A stretch of 63,978 nt of DNA, counting the filler, from Diploschistes diacapsis (lineage: Eukaryota), in the NCBI GenBank assembly GCA_023645945.1. It is 4 parts of 4 records of this genome, joined end to end, with 100 filler letters (N's around TTAATTAATTAA, not from the genome) between each part and the next. Parts side by side here need not be neighbours in the genome. Positions count along the whole stretch, not along the records: positions 33,080 to 49,510 come from JALAIB010000508.1; positions 49,611 to 63,978 come from JALAIB010000607.1; 2 more parts are not named here. One strand, written 5' to 3'. This document shows, piece after piece, positions 47,546-59,063 of this stretch. Position numbers and translations under genes: made by a program. Numbering within the stretch: position 1 is the first letter of the stretch; every line of letters begins with the position of its first letter. The notes below the pieces were generated by a model. It had not been told where the DNA came from and made no database searches. It was given only the letters and a program-made list of their open reading frames with translations.

Positions 47546-49510
47546 ATGGAAGAAGTAAAAATCCACTCCAGGCCTTTTTCACCAGAAGACCCAAAAACGC
47601 ATCAACCCTCCGCCCGAAACCTTGAAGCCCACCCGGATGTTACACTGCAGGACTTACTTACGAGCAAGGACTCGCCTACCTCCCACGATGCCGGTGTCTC
47701 GGTAGGGGCTGCCGAGAAAACCCTTGGCGACATGAACTCTCCCCTAGCTTCGCAAGGGCCACACCTACTACCGCCCCAGAAGGAGGAGCGCACACTCTCT
47801 ATGGGAGCTTCTGGCCCACGGACAGCTTCGCCGCATGAGGAGGCACTGGAGCCTTTGCATGGGAAGCAGAGTTGGTGTCGACCGAGGGAAAACGTATGGA
47901 GGATGGGAAGTGTGTGCTTGGCTTTTTTGAATTTCGGGTTGAATGATGCTAGTTATGGGGTATGTTGTGTTTCTTGCTTCTGAGTTTCTGTGTTCGGTTG
48001 CTTTACTTTAAAGGGAGTTGGGAGGTTGATGAATGTCGCGGATCCTGGGATATAATAGAGAAGGTGGTGAAGTTGTGGGATGAGATCGGAGATGCTTGGG
48101 GGCTTGTGAGGAGCAAAGGTGTCTTCCAGCTTGCTGTCTATCTGACCATGTCCGCCGCCTTAGGGAGCCTCGGGCATGCTCTGATTTCTTTTAACGCCTC
48201 TTGCTCTCCGGACGCCCAAGCTAATATGAAACAGGCTCTACTTCCAACAGTGTGTCCCTCTAGCCTTCGCCCCATACAAGCAGCAACTACTCCTTTTGTG
48301 CTCACCCACCAGACCTCCTCGCCCGTAAACTGACCTGCTGCTTCCCGCCCCAAAAGCTCGAAGTCTACTACAACATTTCCTATACCGTAGTATCCCTCCT
48401 CTTCCTCTCCACCTTTGCTGGCTACACCCTTGCCGCCCTCCTCTCGCAGTCCATCCACACGCACCTCGGCCAACGCGGCGCCGCCTTCCTCTCGCCTCTC
48501 TGCCGCATCGTCGCCTACCTCCTGCTCTCGCTGCACCTCCCCTGGCCCGCCATCGTCGTCGGTCTCGTCATCTGCGGGTTGGGCAACGGCATCACGGAAG
48601 GGGCCTGGAACGCCTGGCTGGGGGGACTGGAGAACAGCAACGAGCTGCTGGGGATCCTGCACGGGACGTATGGCTTGGGAGCGACGATCGCGCCCGTTGT
48701 GGCGACGCGGCTGGTTTCCGAGGGGAAGGGGTGGTACACGTACTACTACATCGTGGCGGCGACGAACGTGTTGGAGATGTGTGTTGGTACAGTGGTGTGG
48801 TGGAGGGTCAGCGGGAAGGTCTGGAGGGAGAAGGTTAAGTTGGAGGAAGAGGGCCAGGGGGCAGGAGGGACGATGAAGGAGGCTATGAGGAGCAAGATTG
48901 TTTGGCTTATTGCGGCTTTCTTTTTTATGTACGTTGGTGCAGAAGGTACGCTTCCCTTTTTCCTTTGCCTCTTCTTCCTCCTTGCATTGTTCTTCTTTTC
49001 TTCGCCAGCCTATCCACCCCAGCGGACAGCCGCCGCCTCCCTCCGCCCTGCGTCGCCCTTTTCCCCTTATTCCAAACCTTTCCGCACCTTCACCAGCCCC
49101 CTTTCTCCTCACTCCCTCGCCAACCCCTCCCAGTCTCCCTCGGCGGCTTCATTCCCTCCTTCCTCCTCGCCACCCGCTCGTCCCCCACCAACTCCTCCAC
49201 CGCGCCCTCGATATTCCAATCCGGCCTGGTGGCAACCGGCTTCTGGGCCGGCCTAACCCTCGGGCGCATCTCGCTCGGCTTCCTAACTCCCCGCTTCGGC
49301 GAGCGCCGCGCCATCTCCGTCTACCTTCTTCTCGCCATCGCACTGCAGCTAATCTTCTGGCTCGTGCCGAACTTCGTCGTCAGTGCAGTCGCCGTGGGGC
49401 TGTTGGGCTTCTTTATTGGGCCGCTGTTCCCGTCCGGGGTGGTCGTGGGCACAAAGATTTTGCCGGAACGATTGCATGTGGTGGGGATCGGGTTTGCGGC
49501 GGCGGTGGGG
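47546..49510 (+). CDS. MFS transporter (Bsc6/FucP-like), truncated at contig end
   Basis: FLNFGLNDASYG|ALLPT|LEVYYNISYTVVSLLF, GLGNGITEGAWNAWLG, LLGILHGTYGLGATIAP, FFFMYVGAE|VSLGG, TGFWAGLTLGRISLG, GFFIGPLFP. Confidence 0.88.
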
Positions 49511-49610
49511 NNNNNNNNNNNNNNNNNNNNNNNNNNNNNNNNNNNNNNNNNNNNTTAATTAATTAANNNNNNNNNNNNNNNNNNNNNNNNNNNNNNNNNN
49601 NNNNNNNNNN
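49511..49610. other. Artificial contig spacer N44-TTAATTAATTAA-N44
   Basis: Identical 100-bp linker. Confidence 0.97.
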
Positions 49611-50351
49611 GCGGGGGGGCGCGTAGATGCTTGTTTAGCGTGTGAAGCAGACGCTGGAAGGCAGGAACAGGGTTCCACCCAAGGAGCTTTTTCAACAACG
49701 GATTTTGCCTGGGACGGTTTCGTGACATTGAAAAAGGACTAGGAACGCCTAGCAGGAAAAAGGATTGTGCAAATATACAAAAAAACATACTAACCCCAAT
49801 CCACACAATCTTGCTGCTAGCAGAGCCATGACTCTAAATTAGCGTCATAAGGGTGCTCCGTATTTATGGCCTTTCTAATGGGCTATAGTTCCTGAATGTT
49901 CGCGCTCAGACCTCCCCTGGTCTCCCCCGACAGACCTTCCCTGCTTCCTCGTATCCTCAATACGCTGGGCTTCGCGATGGCCTAGCATCGTACGTCGATG
50001 CTGTCCCAAGACACCAATGTATCTAGCCCGCCTCTGCAACCCGAACAGAACGCGCAGCAGCCGCATATAAGAGCGTGTTCTGCAGCCAAATGACTGATTG
50101 GTTCGGTGAATAGCTAGAGCCTGCGGATCTGCTTCTCGACTTGGGGGGCGCTCCCATTTTATGGTCTAGGAAGGTTTGAATAACAGCATGCAAGACCGAC
50201 AGCATTAAAAAAGTCGGCCTTGTCCGGTTTCGAATACGCTTGGGCCGCGTACTAACCTGATACGGTGGTTTCCAGAAAGCCCTTCCTACAGATTTGTTTG
50301 TGACACACAACTCTTGGAACTTGCAGTATCCGGGGAATACTCCAAGCCCCT

Positions 50352-52941
50352 TCAGAGCGGAGGCAAGCTTTCACGACAGATCGGGCACTGAAGCTTGTAC
50401 TTCATCCACCCTTCCAGGCAGATGCTGTGGAAGATGTGGCGACACGGTGTTACCATGTACGCTCTTCGCGTGAACAGATTGGCTCCTAAAGAAGTGCTCG
50501 TACTTGAGTCGCGCTCCGTGCCGCTGCGCGGAACCACTGGAACTTCGAGGCTGTGCATACAAATGGCGCAGTCGAAAGACCATTTGCCTCGCTCCTTCGA
50601 CTCGCCGGGAGATGTGACGGGGGACCCGATCGCGGCGCTGGTCTGCGTAAAGCCAATCGGCATTGATGAGCCTGCTTCTTCGTCGTCTTCGCGGAGAATG
50701 GGATGGTAATCATAAGCGGGCGGAGCCCATCCGCTGGGCACGAAGAAGCGCGGCCCGAGGATCTCTTGACTTAGCAAGAGTAGAATTTGAGCCCACAGCC
50801 AAGCTGCGAAAAAGAACAACATGTTCCTGTCGGATTTGGCAAAGAGTACATTGCCTTCGTAGCCATAGAAGTACACGAATGGGGTTAGACGTAGAATACT
50901 TTGCCCGAAAACAAATTCCCAACGTAGAGCTTTGCGGCAATTTCGAACGATGTTTCTCTTGATTTGGGGGGTCCAGAATGAGAGATATAAGAGAGCTAGA
51001 GCATTGGTGTAGATGGATCGGATAGCGACAGGCCAGGTGCTAGCGTTTAGGGAGAGGAAGATGAGACCAATAAGAAGGAAGTAAAATCTGGAGTACATCT
51101 GGCCCATCTCGCGGCGAGCACTGCCCAGAGTCGTAATTTGTGTGTTTCGCTGCCCTGTTGCTGGTGCGTTCTCTTCAGCTGCATCTGCTTCGATATCTTG
51201 ATCAGGAGGTAGGATTACTGGCGTTGCTCCGGTATCACGCGTCTGTCGAGTCGTTGCAGGCAGAGGAAGAGTGTCGGCTCCAGCAGCAGCAGTATTAGCA
51301 GTAGGCGTAGTGCGAGCTGGTGTTCGTCCCGGTGTGTTCTGAGATTGGCGCTGTGCGACAGAAGCCTGTTGCTCCCGCTGGCGCTGCCTCTGCCGTTCGC
51401 CCTCCTGTCTTTCTGGAGCCTGCACGCTCCATATGTCCATCAGAAACTTCATCCCAAAAAAGCTCACACAAAGAAAGGCAAGAAACGCAGTAGTGACGAC
51501 GGTAAGGAACGCCGAGTCCATGAGTAAGCTGAGCACCATGCAGCTCAAAAAGGCAAACCCATCGCCAAGAGCCATCATAGCAACAGTGCCATAGCTTATG
51601 CGACTCTTCGTTGACGGTGTAGACGCATCCTTCATCTGCCTCATGAGAAGCAATATCTGTGCTGCTACGACCAAACAAAAAACTTCAATGGCCCGCCGAA
51701 CAGTCTTGAGGTAAGCTTCGGCTTTGAGACCCTTTAGATGGCGCCCTGGATTATGATACCAGGAGTCTGGAACTGCCTCGGATTCCAGGACAAAGCCACA
51801 GTCGGGTGAGAATATCACAGCGGAGAACCGCAGTTCAGGGATGAAATTGAGCGGTGCACCTGTCGGAGCTCGTAGCTCGTTTTCTAAGGTTCCTAGAGGA
51901 CTAGCCTCTGGGACGTTTTGGTCCCAAGCTTTTCTGAGGTATGAGCTCCAGCCGATCCCAGACTCACCGGGCCACACGAAGTGCTGTTGAAGGTAAACCA
52001 GATACTCGCAATGTGGTGTAGGAAACATGACCTCCGCAGGATTCCTTTGCGAAGAAGCCCAAGGGTAATTGGGATGACCATCCGATGATTCTTGCCTATT
52101 GATGGCAGCCAGTACAGTCTCATTCAGGAGCTGTTGAGCTGCATCGAAGGTTGCATCTGACCGAACAAGGTGCGGAAGAGCGAAGATACCTGCAAACTTC
52201 TCTCCGGAAGTTGTTAGCAAGATGGCGCCTGATTCGACGAACTGAATCCCGTGGAGCACCATCTCCCATCCGTCTCCGCTGGAGGACTTATCCTGGATAG
52301 TAAGTTCCGCTTTGATCTCCCTAGCAGTGTTGAGCCCTACTTGCACAGCTGTACTCTCTTTCTGGTCTAGTTTGATGCTGAGCTCACCCCTTGCGCCAGT
52401 AATGTTGCGGTTGAACTCCTTTGTAATGTATTGGACCGGAGATATTGCCGTCAAGTTAGGTTTCGGGACTTCAAAGTCATCCCGGACCCTTGAGCGAAGC
52501 CATTGCCCATGAATTAGGCCCGTAACGTTCTGGTAGAACGGGATAACCACTGGGAGTTTCTCTCCCCCATCTAGGTTCTCGACGCTGCTATATCGTTCGC
52601 CAAAGTGCCCATGGGGTAAAGAGTAGACCGAAGTCCTCCCGGACCTGATCTGAGTGGTTCCAAGTACAGCTTGCGCCTGCTCCCTAGCTTTTGCCTGCAC
52701 TTGAGGCAGTAGATCCCAAGCGTAACCATCTTCCGCTCTCAGTCCTGTTATATTGAGCCAGCTATTCTGCGACGAGTTGAAATCCCCCTGCTGAGTTTGG
52801 TTGAGTATTGACCAGCCTTGACGTCCCTCCTCAACAATCGTTTGGAGTGCACGCTGCTGACTTTGAGAGGGTCGTTGGGTGCCCGGTGACGAGAGAAGAA
52901 CCATAAGCAGGAAGAGCACCAACACTACTCGTGGGCCCTCC
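50352..52941 (-). CDS. TUL1: Golgi Dsc complex transmembrane RING E3 ubiquitin ligase (Tul1/Dsc1)
   Basis: Signal-like MEGPRVVLVLFLLMVLL, luminal FAGIFALPHL / CEYLVYLQQ / FSPDCGFVLES, 7-TM region (SFWTPQIKRNIVRNCRKAL, LGPRFFVP), C-terminal RING-H2 CAICM..YMVTPCRHIFHSICLEGWMKYKLQCPICRESLPPL. An upstream in-frame ATG exists at 53036. Confidence 0.94.
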
Positions 52942-53283
52942 ATAGGGAGTTCGCGGAGCGTTTGGTTGAACAGCCCAGCAAACAAAATGGATCCTGCATA
53001 GAGACGTGACTGCAACTCGGCCCGACGTTCACCCATTCCCTAGACCGCAAACTGCTGCCTTTCAGGCACTTCATATTGCACTTGCCCTTTTGAGCCTTCT
53101 ACAGCTAATTCAACTCATGAACTTTGAGATCAAAAAATATCTGAAGCCTTTCATAGACACTTATGGCTTCACCGCAGGTGCTCATGGCGCATCTGTTCCT
53201 TTGAATAGCTAGCACTTGCCATCTACAATGCTTTAGTAGTAACTTGTTTCGCCAGCATCCTAGAAATGTTAAATTGATACAAA

Positions 53284-54529
53284 ATGTGCAGATTTCTTGT
53301 CCGTCCTCTGATTGACCCAAAGTGCTTGATACTCATTGTATAATAGGTCTACAAGGGGAAGGATGAGATTCTTCTCTCCAAGTTGATCCTGGAGCCGGCG
53401 CATTCCATTCTCACACAATCATATGACTCCCGCCTCCGCCTAGTAAATCTTTCTCACTACGACCTCCGACTTCCCCACTGACGACTTCAAAGGACACCCG
53501 TCGACCTCACAACGGCGATGGATTTGGCGTAGGCTACTACACCTCCCCAGATCTAGGCCCAGAGCCCTGCATCTTCACATCGACCATTCCGGCCTGGAAT
53601 TGCATAAACCTAAAGCGAATAGCCTCGAAAACCACGTCCTCCCTGATCTTTGCTCACGTGCGCGCCACCACCGAAGGCGCTCTTTCAGACACCAATTGCC
53701 ATCCCTTTCAACATGGCAGCATCATGTGGATGCACAACGGTGGCATAGGCGGCTGGAAGTACGTGAAGCGACAGCTTGCCGACTCCCTCGCGGATCAATG
53801 GTTCATGTTGGTTCAAGGGGGCACCGATTCGGAATGGGCGTTCGCGCTGTTCTTAGATCAGTTAGCAAGATCAGGCGCGGACCCTAATGCAAATCCTCGC
53901 GAAGGCGGCTTCGGACACGCTGTGCTCAGGAAGGCCATGCTCGCGACGATCGGGAAGATCAACCATTTCATCAAGGCCATTCCGGCGGACAAGCGCCACG
54001 GGGTGGACATGATAAGCCTGCTTAACTTTGCGGTCACGGACGGCTGCAGCGTTGTTTGCACGAGGTATGTTGGGAGTAAGACGGACGAAGCTGCCAGTCT
54101 GTACTTTTCCTCCGGTACGAGCTGGAAGCAGGAAGGCGAAGGAGTCTTTAAGATGGAAAGAAGAGACAAGGGAGCCGACATTGTGCTTGTGGCTAGCGAG
54201 CCTTTGACCTTTGAAAGAGGTACAACCATGTTCCGTCCAGCATTGCCTCTTTGCTGATACATTACCTAGACAATTGGGTAACGGTTCCAACAAATTCCAC
54301 CTTAACGATACACAAGCAAACCGTGATGATCCATCCCATCATCGACGAGTTCTACAACCATAGTCCCTCGTACTCTCGCAACTCTCAATACGCCCACGAC
54401 AAGGGCTTGGTGAGCTCAGCTCCAGGCGAAGCTGAAGTACAGGGCTCCATGAATGTTGCAGGAAATTGCTTGGCAGATATGGATGCCGTGCGAAGGAAGC
54501 TGAAGGAAGTTCAAGTGGACAAGGGCTGA
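53284..54529 (+). CDS. DUG3: Class II glutamine amidotransferase of the glutathione degradation complex
   Basis: MCRFL|VYKG..EPAHSILTQSYDSRLRL|DTRRPHNGDGFGVGYY..FAHVRATTEG..NCHPF..WMHNGGI..GGTDSEWAFALFLD..VLVASEPLTFER; N-terminal Cys nucleophile. Confidence 0.93.
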
Positions 54530-54643
54530 TCATGTCATAGAGCGATAGTGCATAGTACCACACAGCCTGAATGATACCTTCAACGGCGTACCCAATAACA
54601 TTCCCAATGGCTCGAGGGCATTTAGAAGACTGTGACCAAGGAT

Positions 54644-55828
54644 TCACATGTCACCCGCCATCTTCGCGTGCCGGAAGTACTTCATCCCCACCCACGCCAC
54701 CACCACCCACACCCAAGCCATAACCCCCGTAAGGATGATCAGCGCAGGGTAGTATCCAACGATGGGCAGCGTCGGATCATCCTCGAGCTCCGGTGGCGCG
54801 TATGGCGTCTCGCCCACGTCCCACGCCCAGCTCCATACTTCGAAGCAGCTGCCCATGCCCATCACAAACACGACCCACGTCAGAACGAGGATCACCCATC
54901 CCCACCACTCCGTCTCCGAGTAGTCCCACTCCTCGGGCGGCAGCGCCTGCACCGGCTCGATGGGCAGCGAAGCGAGTGGCGACTTGGCGCGCGGCCGGTG
55001 ACTTGAGCGCCGTCGCTGTAGGGAAGTATCCAGCGGGAAGTAAGGGTCGCTCGCGCCGTGTTTCTTCAGAATAGAGGCCGGGCCGGAGGACGAGGATGGG
55101 ATGGTCAGTAGGTGCAATGGGTACTTCAGGGTCTCGTCCTCGTCCGTCGTAGACATGTCGCCCAGGGTGCTTTTCCTGCTAAAAGCGCCTGGTAGCGGTA
55201 GACTCTCCTCGCTCATATTGCTTATCGGGGGCCAGTCTCTGCCTTGCTGCGAGGCCTGCGTGGCGCCGTGCGCGCTGTCAGGGTACGAAGTGGAGCTCTT
55301 TTCGTAAGACGCGCGCGGTGTCGGGTAGTCGTCCATGTCGGGCGGGCTGGGGGGAATTGGCGAGGAGTCGGCTTCGCTTAAGGGTATGGAAGAAGTGTCG
55401 TCCGTTTTAGAGAGGACTTCGATTTCCGCTTGAAGCCGTTTCTCGTTGCTCCTCAGCTTCCCACCTCCTAACAGGGCCGTCTTTCTTAGCGATCCTTTGC
55501 GCGACCTCGTCTTTGTGGTTGGGGGTACAGGCCCGCTGTATTGGCTAGTTCCCGTAGCACCCGGCGCGGACGCGGTTGCAGCGGCTGGATTCGGCGCATT
55601 GTTGTAGTTGCTTGAACTTCCGCTCTTGAATTCTGACGAAGGTCGCAAGAACGACAGACGCGAGAGAATGCTACCAGATATCGTTCTCTTGTGGCTACCA
55701 CTAGTGGAAGATGTAGGTTCAGAGTCTTCTCTTAGCGGCCTGGTCGCATCTGTGCTAGCCCGGTAAGTTCGCGACACCTCGTGCTCTCCTTCTACTCCAT
55801 TGCTCGATGAAGGCTGTCTGTTGTCCAT
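54644..55828 (-). CDS. Fungal protein with a disordered N-terminus and a C-terminal PIG-Y-like two-TM domain
   Basis: 394-aa ORF ending WDYSETEWWGWVILVLTWVVFVMGMGS..EDDPTLPIVGYYPALIILTGVMAWVWVVVAWVGMKYFRHAK. Confidence 0.75.
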   Translation of the reverse strand: MDNRQPSSSNGVEGEHEVSRTYRASTDATRPLREDSEPTSSTSGSHKRTISGSILSRLSFLRPSSEFKSGSSSNYNNAPNPAAATASAPGATGTSQYSGPVPPTTKTRSRKGSLRKTALLGGGKLRSNEKRLQAEIEVLSKTDDTSSIPLSEADSSPIPPSPPDMDDYPTPRASYEKSSTSYPDSAHGATQASQQGRDWPPISNMSEESLPLPGAFSRKSTLGDMSTTDEDETLKYPLHLLTIPSSSSGPASILKKHGASDPYFPLDTSLQRRRSSHRPRAKSPLASLPIEPVQALPPEEWDYSETEWWGWVILVLTWVVFVMGMGSCFEVWSWAWDVGETPYAPPELEDDPTLPIVGYYPALIILTGVMAWVWVVVAWVGMKYFRHAKMAGDM

Positions 55829-56002
55829 TGTTGGAATCCATTGGTCAAGCGAGATTTTCTAGTTGAAACGGGAAGTCACATTTTTGGGCACGATTAATTT
55901 AGTGGAGCGGACCGAAGTACAGCGAAACGCTGTTTAAAGGCATCCAAAGTCATTCTTACCATAGACGTCTCGAGTCTGTATCCCTTCCGGGACTTTGCCT
56001 CA

Positions 56003-56334
56003 GCTTCGCCGGCGCCAGAGCCTAAGCCTCATTGGGGTTAGCGGATGCTGACTCAATCGTGAGCTACTATAGGGTCTGGGGGCGAAAAGCTGCTTAGCGA
56101 TGAAAATTTCAAAAAAGCGCTAGAATAGATTATTAGCGTAGAAGATTTAGCCAGCAAAAGTGTTTAGAATGGGCTGAATTGGCGTAAGATGGTGTAAAAT
56201 GGTTTAAATTTTGTAAACGAAGGTTAAATAAGTTAAATTTTTATGGCCTTTCGCCTGCAGACCCTATAGCAAGTTGACGATTAAATCAGGACCCCCTAAC
56301 CCGAACGGGGCTTAGGCTATAGCGCCGGCGAAGC
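56003..56334. mobile_element. Fold-back/MITE-like element with ~85-bp imperfect terminal inverted repeats
   Basis: gcttcgccggcgc..agcctaagcc..gggttag..aatcgt..ctatagggtctg..ggcgaaa (56003-~56088) mirrors ~56247-56334; AT-rich core; no clear TSD. Confidence 0.72.
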
Positions 56335-56912
56335 GGTATTCTCTTCTAGACGTAAATCTATAATTCAAAACCTTTATACAATGTCACCTGCACACCAAAC
56401 ACCCCCAGATTCCTCTTAAGCGAACCTGTCGGCACTTCAGTGATTCATGCTCTCAACGCCCGCTCGAGCGCTGCCATCACCTCTTAATCCTATAGCACAA
56501 CATTCGCGCTTTGTGCGCCTCGGACTAGAAGAATGCTTGGCCGGGGATGCACGCTCTGCATCACCCCGTGTCTCCTGAGATATGCTCCAGCGGCTGGTTT
56601 TGACGTTGTCGATCAGATGAAAGAGCACGTATTTCTGTATAAGTGACCATACCGTAGCTCTAAACTTCTTTAAAACCAACTGCACGGATTGACGCGTCGA
56701 ATAGCAGATCACGGATATGAGGCCATGTGCATAATCCAGATAGCCAAGCTTGAATGACAGGGCGCCGAACGTTCAAGCACCAATACCACAATTAGGTACA
56801 GAGGAGCTTAGAGGGCGACCCTAGGTCACTCCTATGCGGCTATGCAAGTAAGACGGGTATACCGAAAGCGGATAACGGAGTTATGCCTCTTCATTACCTT
56901 GAGGCTCTCCTC

Positions 56913-59063
56913 TCAACTCATCAACAGTTTCACTGTATGATCGACGCTCAGTGTTCTGAGGTCACCGTAGTGTTGGCCAACGCCCATGAACACTACGGGG
57001 ATGCCCGTAGCATGCACCATGCTGACTAGGCTTCCGATCATATCTCCCACAGTGTCGCATTTACTGATGATGAAGCCATCAAGCCTCCTATTCCGGCCGA
57101 ATGCCCTATTGAAGTTGCGCGCCTGAGCCACGCTGTCGGAGCCCACAAGGGCCTCGCCGACCATGAGAATCTTGTCGGGCTGTGCTGCCTCAGCGAAGTT
57201 CTCGAGTGAGGACATTAGGCGCTGGTCATTGTGTCGCCGGCCTGCAGTGTCCATAAGCACTACGTTTACGCCGGCAACGGTGGCGTAGGCCCTGGCATCT
57301 CGGGCAACATGGGCAGCATCTTTGCCATAGCCTTTTTCATATAGCTCGACGCTACCTCTGCCCTCTCTTTGGCTTAGCTCTTTGAGATTACGGGCATGTA
57401 CGCGTAGCTGTTCGACTGCACCGGACCGAAAAGTGTCACATGCGGCGATCAGGATCTTCAAGTTGTTCTGAAGGAGGAAGAAGGCTAACTTCGAAAGGTT
57501 TGTAGACTTGCCGACACCATTGACACCGACGATTGAGATCACATAAGGCCGAGACCTATTGTTGGAGGATGCTGAGGGCTGGTTGACGGCTTCAATGGAG
57601 CGCAAAAGGTCGAGGGACGTTGTTGGTGTGAGAATTTTCTGTAAAGCAGACGCCATTGCCGATCGTATAGTAGCGTCAACACCTGATAGGCCTTATTAGA
57701 TCATACTACAGTATAAGGATTATGAAACCTCACTCTCGAAGTTGCCGGTTTTAACTCCCACGAGCTCACACCGTAGGCCTTCGCAAAGTCGTACCGCAGC
57801 CTCGCGGGCAACATTCTTCTTGATCAAATGCTCCTCCATGCCCCTCATTGCCTTGTTCACATCATCATCCGTTAGGACCTTGCCACCGATAATGTTCCTA
57901 AACATGCCACTAATGGCAGTAAGCCCTGAGCCGACAAGCCCAGATGACGCCTGGTCGTCCTTCTTGGCATTGGCGCCATTTAGAATTGAGTGCACCTCGT
58001 CATCTAAGTCTTTGAGCACAAATTGACCTTTGCCTGTCCTTGTGCCAAAGGAGTCCGCGTTGATGTTCATAACGGCACTTGATATGGTTTCTTGCAGCGG
58101 CGGTCCATCCTCCAAACCTGGAGATATTGCCGAGTAGTCCAAAATTGCACCATCGTCCTCATCAGCGATGCCATCAGGACCCCACTTTCTGCCTTTCTTC
58201 ACGCTTTCTTTCTGTGGTCTCCCTGGTCGTCTTGCTTCATCACCTGATGACTGACGGGCCGTAGACAGTGCAGCCACAGCTGCAGCCTTCTTTGCCCGCC
58301 GCGAGGTCCGTGGTCCCGGCGAGGCGGATAGGACGTTCGCAGGCGTTGGGGGTCTCGATGTATCCAGAGTTGGAATTGGGGTGACATCTGTCGAAGTCGC
58401 ATTGCTATTGGGGGCTGGAAGATGTGCTAGAAGAATGTTCAGAAAAGGGCTTCTCCAAAGCTAAGAGATTACCCACAGTGTTTCAATATAGGCATGGGTG
58501 GAGCTGCCTCATTTGAACCATGTACCTCGCTTGAAGACGGTGTGAATTCTGACCCTGCTTCACTCTGTGGGGATAAGGGCTGGTCTCCGGAACCCTCCAG
58601 CTCTTTCAGCTGCTGATTGAAGTACCCATCAAAGTTCTGACATTGGACTATACTTGTATGAGATTTCCTGAGCTGATCACCAAACAAATCGACGAAAAGT
58701 ATCTTCGTATTGTCGAGCAGCTTATCGATCCAGGAGAGGTGTAGAAGAGATTGATAGACTGCCTACGAGACGTGTCAGTTTGAACGTAAGTATTGCGATA
58801 TATAGCGAGTAGTGAATTCGGCGTACCACAAAGATGAGACCCAGCTCTTTCGCTGTCGTCCATTTCAAGGTAAATCGGTCCCGTTTATAGGGCGGGTTAG
58901 CTGAAGCAGAGCCGTCTGCCACAGCGGCGAAGCCCGGAAGCACCTTCTCTCCTATGAAAACATCCTTTATTAGACTATTGATCAGGTTAGGACTAATATG
59001 CGTATAGTATCGCGACCACAGAACCACCCCCGAGGTGCTGATAACCTCGAAACTTTCCAGCAT
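56913..59063 (-). CDS. SRP101: Signal recognition particle receptor alpha subunit
   Basis: MLESFEVISTSGVVLWSR (longin domain), LIFV|AVYQSLLHLSWIDKLL, EHLIKKNVAREAA, GVNGVGKSTNLSK, AACDTFRSGAVEQL, DTAGRRHND, SKCDTVGD, GVGQHYGDL. Confidence 0.96.

Noticed and set aside
48138..49566. 324-aa antisense and 222-aa alternative-frame ORFs
   Set aside because: Shadow frames of the GC-rich MFS gene and its pyrimidine-rich intron.
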